A DNA stretch of 63,726 nt, the filler included, from Lama guanicoe (Eukaryota), in assembly GCA_013239625.1 (NCBI GenBank). It is 202 parts of 202 records of this genome, joined end to end, with 100 filler letters (N's around TTAATTAATTAA, not from the genome) between each part and the next. Parts side by side here need not be neighbours in the genome. Positions count along the whole stretch, not along the records: positions 51,504 to 51,719 come from PNXV01038641.1; positions 51,820 to 52,035 come from PNXV01038642.1; positions 52,136 to 52,351 come from PNXV01038643.1; positions 52,452 to 52,667 come from PNXV01038644.1; positions 52,768 to 52,983 come from PNXV01038645.1; positions 53,084 to 53,299 come from PNXV01038646.1; positions 53,400 to 53,615 come from PNXV01038647.1; positions 53,716 to 53,931 come from PNXV01038648.1; 194 more parts are not named here. One strand, 5' to 3'. The notes under the pieces were generated by a model. That model did no database searches and was not told the origin of the DNA. It saw only the letters and a list, made by a program, of their open reading frames with translations. This document shows, one piece after another, positions 51,404-62,656 of this stretch (its first letter is position 1; each line of letters begins with the position of its first letter). The position numbers and the translations under genes were made by a program.

Positions 51404-52767
51404 NNNNNNNNNNNNNNNNNNNNNNNNNNNNNNNNNNNNNNNNNNNNTTAATTAATTAANNNNNNNNNNNNNNNNNNNNNNNNNNNNNNNNNNNNNNNNN
51501 NNNTAAAAGTAAACTGCCAGTCAGTGAATCAGCACTCTCCCAGTGTAAGAGCTGGCTTTTAAGAGAAGACTGGGCACTGGGAAGGGAAGCATTTTGTGTC
51601 TGGAGTCACATCCCAACAGGCATGTTGACTTTCCCAAAGCGCTCACTTCTGAGCTTCGAGCAGGGAGCCATCCCCTCACAGTGAAGCCAGAACCATCATT
51701 TTGTTCTCACTGTCTGAACNNNNNNNNNNNNNNNNNNNNNNNNNNNNNNNNNNNNNNNNNNNNTTAATTAATTAANNNNNNNNNNNNNNNNNNNNNNNNN
51801 NNNNNNNNNNNNNNNNNNNGGAGGGGGCCTCGGGGCGTCACACTGAGCAGAGTGCCTGACCCCCACCCCATCCCCAGGAACTGACCTGCAGGAAGCAGGG
51901 CGGCAGAGAGGCCAGGCTGGCGACTCGGAGGCCACCAGGAGGGAGGAGAGAGGACACAAAGTGAAGCCTGTGGTGCATCAGAATTCGGTGCTTCTCAGAG
52001 AGACTCGTAGTGATCTCAGTTGCTTGGCCGGTATTNNNNNNNNNNNNNNNNNNNNNNNNNNNNNNNNNNNNNNNNNNNNTTAATTAATTAANNNNNNNNN
52101 NNNNNNNNNNNNNNNNNNNNNNNNNNNNNNNNNNNCCACATGATGAACTCCCTTCTGTTTCACTTACAATTAACATTTTGTTTAATTTTTACATTTTCTG
52201 TCCTTTCCAATAACATAAATATATATACACTCCAATAAAGAATCATTTTTCCCCTCGTGTCCATATCAAGTGCTTGAATGAATTTTTGTTAAGAAAAAAA
52301 GGAAGAATTCATTTTTCGCTCATAAAGTGATCTTTCTCCAGTGTATTGAACNNNNNNNNNNNNNNNNNNNNNNNNNNNNNNNNNNNNNNNNNNNNTTAAT
52401 TAATTAANNNNNNNNNNNNNNNNNNNNNNNNNNNNNNNNNNNNNNNNNNNNTTTCATTTGAAATACAGTCATCTTTCCACTACTCACAAAAATAAGAGGA
52501 AAGTATTGTGGATAATTCAGTGATGTCCAGTTCCAGATGCAGCCCCAGTTTCATTCTTGTGCAATTGGCAGATCTTACAGTGGGTCATGATCCCATAATG
52601 CTTGTATCTGAACTCAATATTGCTGACTATAAGCCCTATATCTCTGTTCATATATCTCTAGGGCAATNNNNNNNNNNNNNNNNNNNNNNNNNNNNNNNNN
52701 NNNNNNNNNNNTTAATTAATTAANNNNNNNNNNNNNNNNNNNNNNNNNNNNNNNNNNNNNNNNNNNN

Positions 52768-52938
52768 CAAGTAGCGCTGGGAAAACTCGACAGCTACATG
52801 GCAGACACTGAACCTGGAACATTCTCTAAAACCATATGCAAAAATAAACTCAAAATGGATTAAAGATGTAAGTGTAAGACCAGATACTGTAAAACTCCTA
52901 GAGGAAAAATGTAGGCAGAACACTCTTTGACATAAATT
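52768..52938 (+). mobile_element. L1 ORF2 fragment
   Basis: PYAKINSKWIKDVSVRPDTVKLLEE motif. Confidence 0.92.
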
Positions 52939-53399
52939 GAAGTGTTTAAAATTTAATAGTATTGCCCTTTTAATCGAGATACANNNNNNNNNNNNNNNNN
53001 NNNNNNNNNNNNNNNNNNNNNNNNNNNTTAATTAATTAANNNNNNNNNNNNNNNNNNNNNNNNNNNNNNNNNNNNNNNNNNNNGAGGCAGGTCTGGCCCA
53101 GGGGTGGCCCAAGGGAATCGGGGGGCCTGGAAGATAAACTCCTCTCTTCTGATGAAGCACCGCCAGGCTTCCTTTTTGAACTGCCTTCCTTTCTGGAAGG
53201 CTCCGTGCTCTCTATGGGGTCCTCCTGCTGCGGCCTCAGGCCTGAGTCCTTCAGAGAGAGAGCCCCACACTGGCGGTAATTCAGGGCCCCCTCCCCAGGN
53301 NNNNNNNNNNNNNNNNNNNNNNNNNNNNNNNNNNNNNNNNNNNTTAATTAATTAANNNNNNNNNNNNNNNNNNNNNNNNNNNNNNNNNNNNNNNNNNNN

Positions 53400-53615
53400 C
53401 CTTACAGTATTTCTTTTTTTCTTTCAGCATTTTGAATTTATCATCCCACTCTATCCTGGCCTGCAAGGTTTCTGCTGAGGGATCTTCTATAAGCCTTCTG
53501 GGCTTCTCCTTCTGTGAAATGGGTTTCTTTTCTCTTGCTGCTTTCAAATTTGTCTTTGATTTTTGACAGTTTTATTATAATGTATCCCAGTGAAATCCCC
53601 TCTGGGTGGAACCCC
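53400..53615 (-). mobile_element. L1 ORF1 fragment
   Basis: Translates KAAREKK...RL..D.SAETLQARIEWDDKFKMLKEK. Confidence 0.92.
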
Positions 53616-54444
53616 NNNNNNNNNNNNNNNNNNNNNNNNNNNNNNNNNNNNNNNNNNNNTTAATTAATTAANNNNNNNNNNNNNNNNNNNNNNNNNNNNN
53701 NNNNNNNNNNNNNNNTTCCAAATAAACCTCAAACTCAGACCATTGATTTCAAAATTACAGGTTTGGGGAAGAAAGGCAATGTAACAAGAATATCACAACG
53801 GTGAGACCTTTGACATCTGTCAGATGAGACAGACTGCTAAAGGAAAAATGCCAGGCATCTGTCAGCTATATTTACAAAACTGGCCCCAGAGGGAAGGGAA
53901 AGTGAAGAGGATATGCTGCAAGAGTTTGTAANNNNNNNNNNNNNNNNNNNNNNNNNNNNNNNNNNNNNNNNNNNNTTAATTAATTAANNNNNNNNNNNNN
54001 NNNNNNNNNNNNNNNNNNNNNNNNNNNNNNNAGATGCTACCAACACCATAAGCTGCTGTCCAATGCCAGCCCAGCAGTAACAGTACAGGATGCGCCTCTT
54101 TTCCTCCCTTTGGGCTAACACTGTGAATCCAGTTCTGAACAGACCACACTATAACCTATCAGTTCATTCAAATGGTTGTGATCATGGTTGATAGTTTCGT
54201 TACATGGAAGTGAACAGAAAACCCCATTATTTACTACAAAAATCTTCNNNNNNNNNNNNNNNNNNNNNNNNNNNNNNNNNNNNNNNNNNNNTTAATTAAT
54301 TAANNNNNNNNNNNNNNNNNNNNNNNNNNNNNNNNNNNNNNNNNNNNAAAAAAAAAACCCTCTTTTTACCTCTCCCACCTCTTTTAAAATACATGGTATA
54401 AATATTTGCTTCCTCCCTCTTCAGATGACTGGATTGATTAATTT

Positions 54445-54563
54445 ATTTGCTCATTCATGATGAATCTCCTGTGTGCCAGGCACTGTCCTAAACTCTTGGG
54501 AATAATGAAGTGAACAAAACATAAACAAACCCCAGTTTTATTCTAAGGAGATGAAAAGAAAAT
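54445..54563 (-). mobile_element. L2 3' end fragment
   Basis: CATTCAT...TGTGTGCCAGGCACTGT.CTAA...TGGGAATA...AGTGAACAAAACA. Confidence 0.7.
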
Positions 54564-55295
54564 NNNNNNNNNNNNNNNNNNNNNNNNNNNNNNNNNNNNN
54601 NNNNNNNTTAATTAATTAANNNNNNNNNNNNNNNNNNNNNNNNNNNNNNNNNNNNNNNNNNNNGTGAATCCAGGTCCAAACCTGAATCCAGGTTTATGGC
54701 TTAACTCGCTACATGCTATATAGCCCTAGGAGCTAGGGAAATTTATTTAATCTCCCATATGTCAGTTTACCACGAGACCCGAATTCCTCTGCAGGACAGT
54801 CCCAGTTGGAGGAGTGAAACAGTATCCTTCTTATCTATTTTACATATGAAACTTTTGTCTAAAGTTTCAATGGAGCAAGNNNNNNNNNNNNNNNNNNNNN
54901 NNNNNNNNNNNNNNNNNNNNNNNTTAATTAATTAANNNNNNNNNNNNNNNNNNNNNNNNNNNNNNNNNNNNNNNNNNNNTTTTTTCCCTTCCACAGCCAT
55001 CCCATTAAAAACTCCAGCTCACGTGACCCCCACTGCCTTTTCCTAAATCTACAGCCTGTACAAGCAACTGAAAGTAATAAGCATAATTTAAATGCTGTGT
55101 CTTTCCTAATTAAAATACATCCAGAAGGGGATGCCAGAGTTATTTTAGTCCATGTGGCAGAAGAAGTTCCATTATATTAATCCAGGCTTTTGAACNNNNN
55201 NNNNNNNNNNNNNNNNNNNNNNNNNNNNNNNNNNNNNNNTTAATTAATTAANNNNNNNNNNNNNNNNNNNNNNNNNNNNNNNNNNNNNNNNNNNN

Positions 55296-55511
55296 ATTGT
55301 CCTTATAATAAAATCCAGACTTCTTCCCTAACTCCTAAGGTCCCGCGTGATCAGGCCCCTGTCTAGTCAACTTCGCCCTGAGCCACGCCCCACTTTGCTC
55401 CCATCAGTCCCTCCTTCCCGTTCACTCAGGGACATTGCACCTGCTGTGCCCTACTTTCCCCGCCTGCTCCCACCTCTCACTTATACACGGAGCACCTTCT
55501 CATTCTCTGTC
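55296..55511 (+). mobile_element. L2 fragment
   Basis: ATAAAATCCA.ACT.CTT...AAGG.CC.GC.TGATC.GGCCCCTG...CTCAGGG.C.TTGCAC.TGCTGT.CCCT. Confidence 0.75.
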
Positions 55512-55927
55512 NNNNNNNNNNNNNNNNNNNNNNNNNNNNNNNNNNNNNNNNNNNNTTAATTAATTAANNNNNNNNNNNNNNNNNNNNNNNNNNNNNNNNN
55601 NNNNNNNNNNNCTCTGGGTTCCGTCTGATGTGCCCACACGTATCGTGACAGTGACAACTCTTAGGGGAAGAAGGCACAGGAAGGGGAGGCGAGGGGCCCT
55701 CACGTTTGTTTGGAATTTGATGCCCTGTGAATCCCTGGGACGTGCCCCTTCGCTTTCCCGCTTTGGCTGGTGTCTCTAGAAACCTTCCTGAGAACACGGG
55801 GAGCCTCCGCTTCTCTTAGACCCCGTGNNNNNNNNNNNNNNNNNNNNNNNNNNNNNNNNNNNNNNNNNNNNTTAATTAATTAANNNNNNNNNNNNNNNNN
55901 NNNNNNNNNNNNNNNNNNNNNNNNNNN

Positions 55928-56775
55928 AGGTGTTTCTCTGTTATTTAGTAGTGACTTTAAACAGTAAAAAGGTGAACCTGGGGACTAAAATTTCTCACAG
56001 AAACTTTGCAGACGCTACATGGTTCATTTGCTGCAATGATGTGAAATGGATCTTTCTGAGAAAGGTCCCATTTATATTTTAGTTTGACTTGAGAACAGTC
56101 ACAATTTATGCCCATCTTTTCCCTGAGAGACAGGAAAACATTANNNNNNNNNNNNNNNNNNNNNNNNNNNNNNNNNNNNNNNNNNNNTTAATTAATTAAN
56201 NNNNNNNNNNNNNNNNNNNNNNNNNNNNNNNNNNNNNNNNNNNAGGTTACTATAAAGTTTTTCTGTTTGAGATGTTTAAATAACTTTACATAGGCTTTGA
56301 AATATACATTTTAATTTGTCATACTTTTTCCAAAGTTAGTAAACTTTAATCATCTTTCTCTCTCTCCTGAATTTCCCTCCCCTTCCCTGTACCAATATGC
56401 ACATGTTCTCAATTCAGATAAACATTTTCTGGATGTTTAGACTTTTCATGCTGTAAATCNNNNNNNNNNNNNNNNNNNNNNNNNNNNNNNNNNNNNNNNN
56501 NNNTTAATTAATTAANNNNNNNNNNNNNNNNNNNNNNNNNNNNNNNNNNNNNNNNNNNNAGGTGTTTCTCTGTTATTTAGTAGTGACTTTAAACAGTAAA
56601 AAGGTGAATCTGGGGACTAAAATTTCTCACAGGAACTTTGCAGACGCTACATGGTTCATTTGCTGCAATGATGTGACATGGATCTTTCTGAGAAAGGTCC
56701 CATTTATATTTTAGTTTGACTTGAGGACAGTCACAATTTATGCCCATCTTTTCCCTGAGAGACAGGAAAACATTA
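55928..56775 (+). repeat. Bubble pair 5 (55928-56143 vs 56560-56775; one unrelated contig between)
   Basis: 49 identical nt at each end; 4 substitutions. Confidence 0.97.
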
Positions 56776-56875
56776 NNNNNNNNNNNNNNNNNNNNNNNNN
56801 NNNNNNNNNNNNNNNNNNNTTAATTAATTAANNNNNNNNNNNNNNNNNNNNNNNNNNNNNNNNNNNNNNNNNNNN

Positions 56876-56963
56876 TTTATTTATTTATTTATGGTTTAGA
56901 GGAGGCACTGGGAATTGAACCCAGTACCTTGCGCATGCTAACCATGCGCTCTACCCTCCCCCC
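56876..56963 (-). mobile_element. tRNA-derived SINE, Vic-1-like (camelid), with (AAAT)n tail
   Basis: Reverse complement reads GGGGGGAGGGTAGAGCGCATGGTTAGCATGCGCAAGGTACTGGGTTCAATTCCCAGTGCCTCC...(AAAT)n. B box intact; A-box segment missing. Confidence 0.82.
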
Positions 56964-57507
56964 TAACTGACATGTTTTAAACCTTGTTGGTATGTTTGGA
57001 TATATATTTATCCTTTTTTCTTATCGTTTTCTACTTATGCCCCATATACTTTTTGCTTGTTAATTTTTTCTGCCTGGCTTTGAATCAATCANNNNNNNNN
57101 NNNNNNNNNNNNNNNNNNNNNNNNNNNNNNNNNNNTTAATTAATTAANNNNNNNNNNNNNNNNNNNNNNNNNNNNNNNNNNNNNNNNNNNNTGGGCCCTG
57201 CTGATTTGAATCTATTCTTTAGAAAGTACATATTGTAGATTGCTTTTAAGCATGCATGAGTTTTTCTTTTAATATTTATAGTTCTACCCTCTCATCTCTT
57301 GTGTGATTTTTCATGGAATGTAGGAAAAAGTCCTAAGCCACCTGCCTCTTCATACTTCTCTGTGGTGGTTTTCCTCCCTGACTGGAAGAGGGTTTTGCAT
57401 AGGAAATNNNNNNNNNNNNNNNNNNNNNNNNNNNNNNNNNNNNNNNNNNNNTTAATTAATTAANNNNNNNNNNNNNNNNNNNNNNNNNNNNNNNNNNNNN
57501 NNNNNNN

Positions 57508-58039
57508 GTCACCTCCATTTATATGTATACAATTAATTTTAGTCTCCAAGAAAAAAGGAAAAGAAAATCTCAAAATGAGATCCTGTCTTCTTGATCAGGT
57601 TATGAAAAGTTCTCCAAGAGTTATAAATGGGGACCCAACATGTCAGGGGCCATCTCATAACATGGGCAGAAACAGAGCAGTATGAATCCCTGTGCTTTGC
57701 CAGAACTTCACACTTGAGAATAANNNNNNNNNNNNNNNNNNNNNNNNNNNNNNNNNNNNNNNNNNNNTTAATTAATTAANNNNNNNNNNNNNNNNNNNNN
57801 NNNNNNNNNNNNNNNNNNNNNNNGTCACCTCCATTTATATGTATACAATTAATTTTAGTCTCCAAGAAAAAAAGAAAAGAAAATCTCAAAACGAGATCCT
57901 GTCTTCTTGATCAGGTTATGAAAAGTTCTCCAAGAGTTATAGATGGGGACCCAACGTGTCAGGGACCATCTCATAACATGGGCAGAAACGGAGCAGTATG
58001 AATCCCTGTGCTTTGCCAGAACTTCACACTTGAGAATAA
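57508..58039 (+). repeat. Bubble pair 6 (57508-57723 vs 57824-58039)
   Basis: 49 identical nt at each end; 6 substitutions, all transitions. Confidence 0.97.
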
Positions 58040-59086
58040 NNNNNNNNNNNNNNNNNNNNNNNNNNNNNNNNNNNNNNNNNNNNTTAATTAATTAANNNNN
58101 NNNNNNNNNNNNNNNNNNNNNNNNNNNNNNNNNNNNNNNATTTTGGCTTCATTATCCATGTGTTCTGTCATCTGGAGCACTATTTTTGTGAAATACACAT
58201 GGATTAGTGATAAGATTTAATTCAAGCCAGAGTTTTGAAATTTAGTCACTATATAACTTAAGGAGTAATCTGAAGATTTCAGTTTCTTTCCAAATAAATG
58301 TGTGCAGTGACAATGAAATCTCACATAAATGATATGAGGATTATATAAAATAATANNNNNNNNNNNNNNNNNNNNNNNNNNNNNNNNNNNNNNNNNNNNT
58401 TAATTAATTAANNNNNNNNNNNNNNNNNNNNNNNNNNNNNNNNNNNNNNNNNNNNTCACCTAGCTTGAAGGGAACAAAAAGTTTCTTTACAGTTGCATAA
58501 CCCACTACGTACATATATGGGGAGATTCAAGCTCCAACTCGGTTGTATACTGAAAACACAGGAACTTCAAAGGGGCGCTAGGAAACTGACTGATAATCCA
58601 GAGAACCTGTTTCCCTTGTAGCCCGTTCCGTTTGTGCTGCATGAACGAACGTCTCTCCACATGCTCAGTTNNNNNNNNNNNNNNNNNNNNNNNNNNNNNN
58701 NNNNNNNNNNNNNNTTAATTAATTAANNNNNNNNNNNNNNNNNNNNNNNNNNNNNNNNNNNNNNNNNNNNTCTAACTAGTTACACAAACCTGGTAAGATA
58801 CGTAGCATCTCCAAGGCCCGGGTTTTTTCACCTATAGATGAGGAAGTTGAATTACAGGATTGTTAGCATGGCTTTCTACATAAATCATAATTCGAATCCA
58901 AGGAAGTGAGCTAAAAATTAGAAAGGAACTAATATTTTTTTATACTAAGATGGGCCAGACATTGAGCTGGGTTTTCAATGAGGTATNNNNNNNNNNNNNN
59001 NNNNNNNNNNNNNNNNNNNNNNNNNNNNNNTTAATTAATTAANNNNNNNNNNNNNNNNNNNNNNNNNNNNNNNNNNNNNNNNNNNN

Positions 59087-59302
59087 CCTTGTAATAAAAA
59101 CAAACAGAAGTTTAATAATATGTAAACCTCCTGTATATACAGGAGATACCCAGAAGACTGAGTAACTCCTTAAAATGGCCCAAGCCACCACCTTCAATGC
59201 CATCTCCAGCTAAAGATGAAAGAAGTTGTTAAGGAGTGGGGAGATTAGGGGAGGCTATCAGGAAAATACAGTTCACCATAGGTAAGGTTGTTATGCAAAC
59301 TT
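59087..59302 (-). mobile_element. Probable ERV1-class LTR fragment
   Basis: AAGTTTAATAA.ATGTA.ACCTC.TGTATA....GGAGA.ACCCAG...CCATCT.CAGCTAAAGA...AAGGTTGTTATGCA resembles antisense MER34/MER41-like LTRs (recalled). Confidence 0.5.
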
Positions 59303-60039
59303 NNNNNNNNNNNNNNNNNNNNNNNNNNNNNNNNNNNNNNNNNNNNTTAATTAATTAANNNNNNNNNNNNNNNNNNNNNNNNNNNNNNNNNNNNNNNNNN
59401 NNACTTATATCTTGATTCTAAAATTTAATATCAATTATACCTTTTATAGTCAGTAGGCTAATCCATTGGGTTTGTTAAAATTTCCAAAATATCACAAATT
59501 TCTTAAAGACGAAGCACACACTGGAAGCGCACACCGCTTACTGAAATTAGTGTGGTTCGTTTATGGGTTGGACTGACCTCCTCATTTCTCTGCTCAGTTC
59601 TGACCTTGTGTGTTAAGANNNNNNNNNNNNNNNNNNNNNNNNNNNNNNNNNNNNNNNNNNNNTTAATTAATTAANNNNNNNNNNNNNNNNNNNNNNNNNN
59701 NNNNNNNNNNNNNNNNNNGTAGGAAGCAGCTATGACCCCTCAAAGAGGAGAGGCCAACAGGATGGAAGCTTAGATGCTTGGGGAAAAAGCCCCACACAGC
59801 TTCAAACCAGACCCTTGAAGAAGGGTGGCTGGGGCTGACGTCTCTGAGGGAGTAGAGTATGAGGCTGGCTCTGTAAGTGGTGAAGATACGGCAGACCGGA
59901 TCGGGTGGTTGCCACGGGCAGGATTTGCTGCTGCNNNNNNNNNNNNNNNNNNNNNNNNNNNNNNNNNNNNNNNNNNNNTTAATTAATTAANNNNNNNNNN
60001 NNNNNNNNNNNNNNNNNNNNNNNNNNNNNNNNNNATAGG

Positions 60040-60121
60040 AATGATCTCTCATCATATTCACAGGTTCCAGAAATTAGAGTGCAAAATCTTGGGGAGCATT
60101 TTTAGAACTCTGCCTGCCAAA
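60040..60121 (-). mobile_element. MLT1-like LTR end
   Basis: CATATTCACAGGTTCCAG..ATTAG..TG....ATCTT.GGG.GC.ATT...TCTGCCT.CCA.A. Confidence 0.6.
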
Positions 60122-61298
60122 CAGGGAACTGGAAAAATTGAGATTAGGTGTTTAAACAGGCTCCAGATGTTAGAGTCTATGAACTTAAATGCCAGGCCAA
60201 AGATGTCTTCCTGGAGGAAGGGCATTCAGGGGCTCAGTCTAATGTTAATTNNNNNNNNNNNNNNNNNNNNNNNNNNNNNNNNNNNNNNNNNNNNTTAATT
60301 AATTAANNNNNNNNNNNNNNNNNNNNNNNNNNNNNNNNNNNNNNNNNNNNTTTCAAGCATTGCTTTAGCTGTATCTCACATATTTTGCTATGTTGTGATT
60401 TCCAAATTTTTTCTCATCCCCTTAATTTTAACAACTTTTGTATGTATAACAGTTTTAGGAATATAGGAAAATGAAGGCACTGGAGAGAGCAGGCACATCC
60501 TGCGGCCACATGGCGCGCTCGCTGCAGTGAGGGAGCCAGTGCTGGGTCTCTGTAATGGGCTACACGNNNNNNNNNNNNNNNNNNNNNNNNNNNNNNNNNN
60601 NNNNNNNNNNTTAATTAATTAANNNNNNNNNNNNNNNNNNNNNNNNNNNNNNNNNNNNNNNNNNNNCATGACATATAATTTGTTTTATATATGTCACATG
60701 CTATTGACCACACACCAAGCTCAAAAACAGCAGGGTTCTGATGTGTCCCTTTTCTGTAAATACATATCTTCTCAATATACATATCAATAAATACATATCT
60801 TCTCTCTACAACAAAACTAGGGATAACAAAAATTATATATAATCTAAATGTAATTAAATATTTTAATAATTATATTAATATTNNNNNNNNNNNNNNNNNN
60901 NNNNNNNNNNNNNNNNNNNNNNNNNNTTAATTAATTAANNNNNNNNNNNNNNNNNNNNNNNNNNNNNNNNNNNNNNNNNNNNAAAAAACTAATTTATTGA
61001 AACTACCCAATGAAAATATTGAATAGGCAATCTTAGCAAACAAAAACCCAAAAAATTCTGATTTATAATAATCAAGGGTTTGAAATTCATGTTACTTTCA
61101 AATCTGTGATTATCACAAAGTATACTTTTCACCTTCATTTCTCTTCAGGTCTAAATAAGACACATATAATTTTTCCTGAATTCTCATCAGAGCACCACNN
61201 NNNNNNNNNNNNNNNNNNNNNNNNNNNNNNNNNNNNNNNNNNTTAATTAATTAANNNNNNNNNNNNNNNNNNNNNNNNNNNNNNNNNNNNNNNNNNNN

Positions 61299-61514
61299 AC
61301 ACATCATCTACCTGAGCCCACAGCATCTCGCTGAGCCCGCAGCATGTCCCCAAGCCCACATCTCCTCAAGCCAACATCATCTTCCCAAGACAGCATCATC
61401 TCCCTGGCTCACATCTCCCCAAGCCCACATCATGTCTCCAAGGTGACATCATGTTCCCGAGCACACATCATCTCCTCCAGGCCCCGTCATCTCCCTGAGC
61501 CTGCATCATCTCCC
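61299..61514. repeat. ~19-nt-unit minisatellite fragment (~12 units)
   Basis: Consensus ACATCATCTCCC(T/C)(G/A)AGCCC, with recurrent 16-nt variants lacking one CAT. Confidence 0.9.
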
Positions 61515-62246
61515 NNNNNNNNNNNNNNNNNNNNNNNNNNNNNNNNNNNNNNNNNNNNTTAATTAATTAANNNNNNNNNNNNNNNNNNNNNNNNNNNNNN
61601 NNNNNNNNNNNNNNGGAGAGAAGATAGAAAAGGAAAGGAAAGGAAAAGAAATCTGAATGTATGTTATCAGGTCAAAGCTAGACACTGTGTGTTTTGTCTT
61701 TTTTGTGTGTGGCAGATTCATTAATTCTACATGCATTTATTGAACATTTACTAAAGGCAGGCTGTATTTTAGGTGTCATTTTCTGCAGATTTAGCATTCT
61801 GAAAATAGGTGTGTTGCAGGATTCCTAACANNNNNNNNNNNNNNNNNNNNNNNNNNNNNNNNNNNNNNNNNNNNTTAATTAATTAANNNNNNNNNNNNNN
61901 NNNNNNNNNNNNNNNNNNNNNNNNNNNNNNTCAACACTGTTTTTTCATTCAACTGTGAATTCATTCATGACCATAGATATGCTAGAGAGGTTGGGAGGAA
62001 AAGGGGTAGGAAGAAGAGCAAGAGAGGTAGAGAAAATTTTAATTTACAAACCTAACCTAAGTGTATATTATGAATACAGAAAAGTAAAATCTGCTATATG
62101 GCAGGAGTTCTTAGACTGGGGCTTTGGGGTCCCTGTGGGATGCATGNNNNNNNNNNNNNNNNNNNNNNNNNNNNNNNNNNNNNNNNNNNNTTAATTAATT
62201 AANNNNNNNNNNNNNNNNNNNNNNNNNNNNNNNNNNNNNNNNNNNN

Positions 62247-62462
62247 GAAACAACCAAAGTGTCCATCAACAGAAGAATAAGTAAAGAAAATATTACATAT
62301 TATACTATATAAATATATTTTTATATATGATATAAAATATTATATATATAAAATCACATTTGACACATATGTAAATATATGATGGAATATTATTCAGCCA
62401 CAAAAAGGAAATTGTGCCATTTACAACAAGGCACGTGAACCTGGAGGGCATTACACGAAGTG
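62247..62462 (+). mobile_element. L1 ORF2 3' end interrupted by an AT-rich low-complexity tract
   Basis: GAAACAACC.AAGTGTCCATCAACAGA.GAAT...[AT-rich ~62293-62380]...ATGGAATATTATTCAGCCA.AAAAAGGAA...GAACCTGGAGGGCATTA. Confidence 0.88.
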
Positions 62463-62617
62463 NNNNNNNNNNNNNNNNNNNNNNNNNNNNNNNNNNNNNN
62501 NNNNNNTTAATTAATTAANNNNNNNNNNNNNNNNNNNNNNNNNNNNNNNNNNNNNNNNNNNNTACTTTGAAGGGGGTTATAATAGAAATGTTTATCTTTA
62601 TTACCTGTGTTACCAGC

Positions 62618-62656
62618 AGATTAACTAAAAGACTAAGATTAACTAAAAGACTAAGA
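62618..62656. repeat. Perfect 18-nt tandem duplication
   Basis: AGATTAACTAAAAGACTA x2 followed by AGA. Confidence 0.92.

Noticed and set aside
31597..58039. Adjacent near-identical contigs read as genomic tandem or direct repeats
   Set aside because: Adjacency is artificial. Identical end-points with exact 49-nt flanks fit assembly bubbles.
46940..61198. Isolated splice-acceptor-like sites (46960, 61148) followed by short open frames
   Set aside because: Cut off by contig ends; such motifs are frequent by chance and the peptides are unrecognised.
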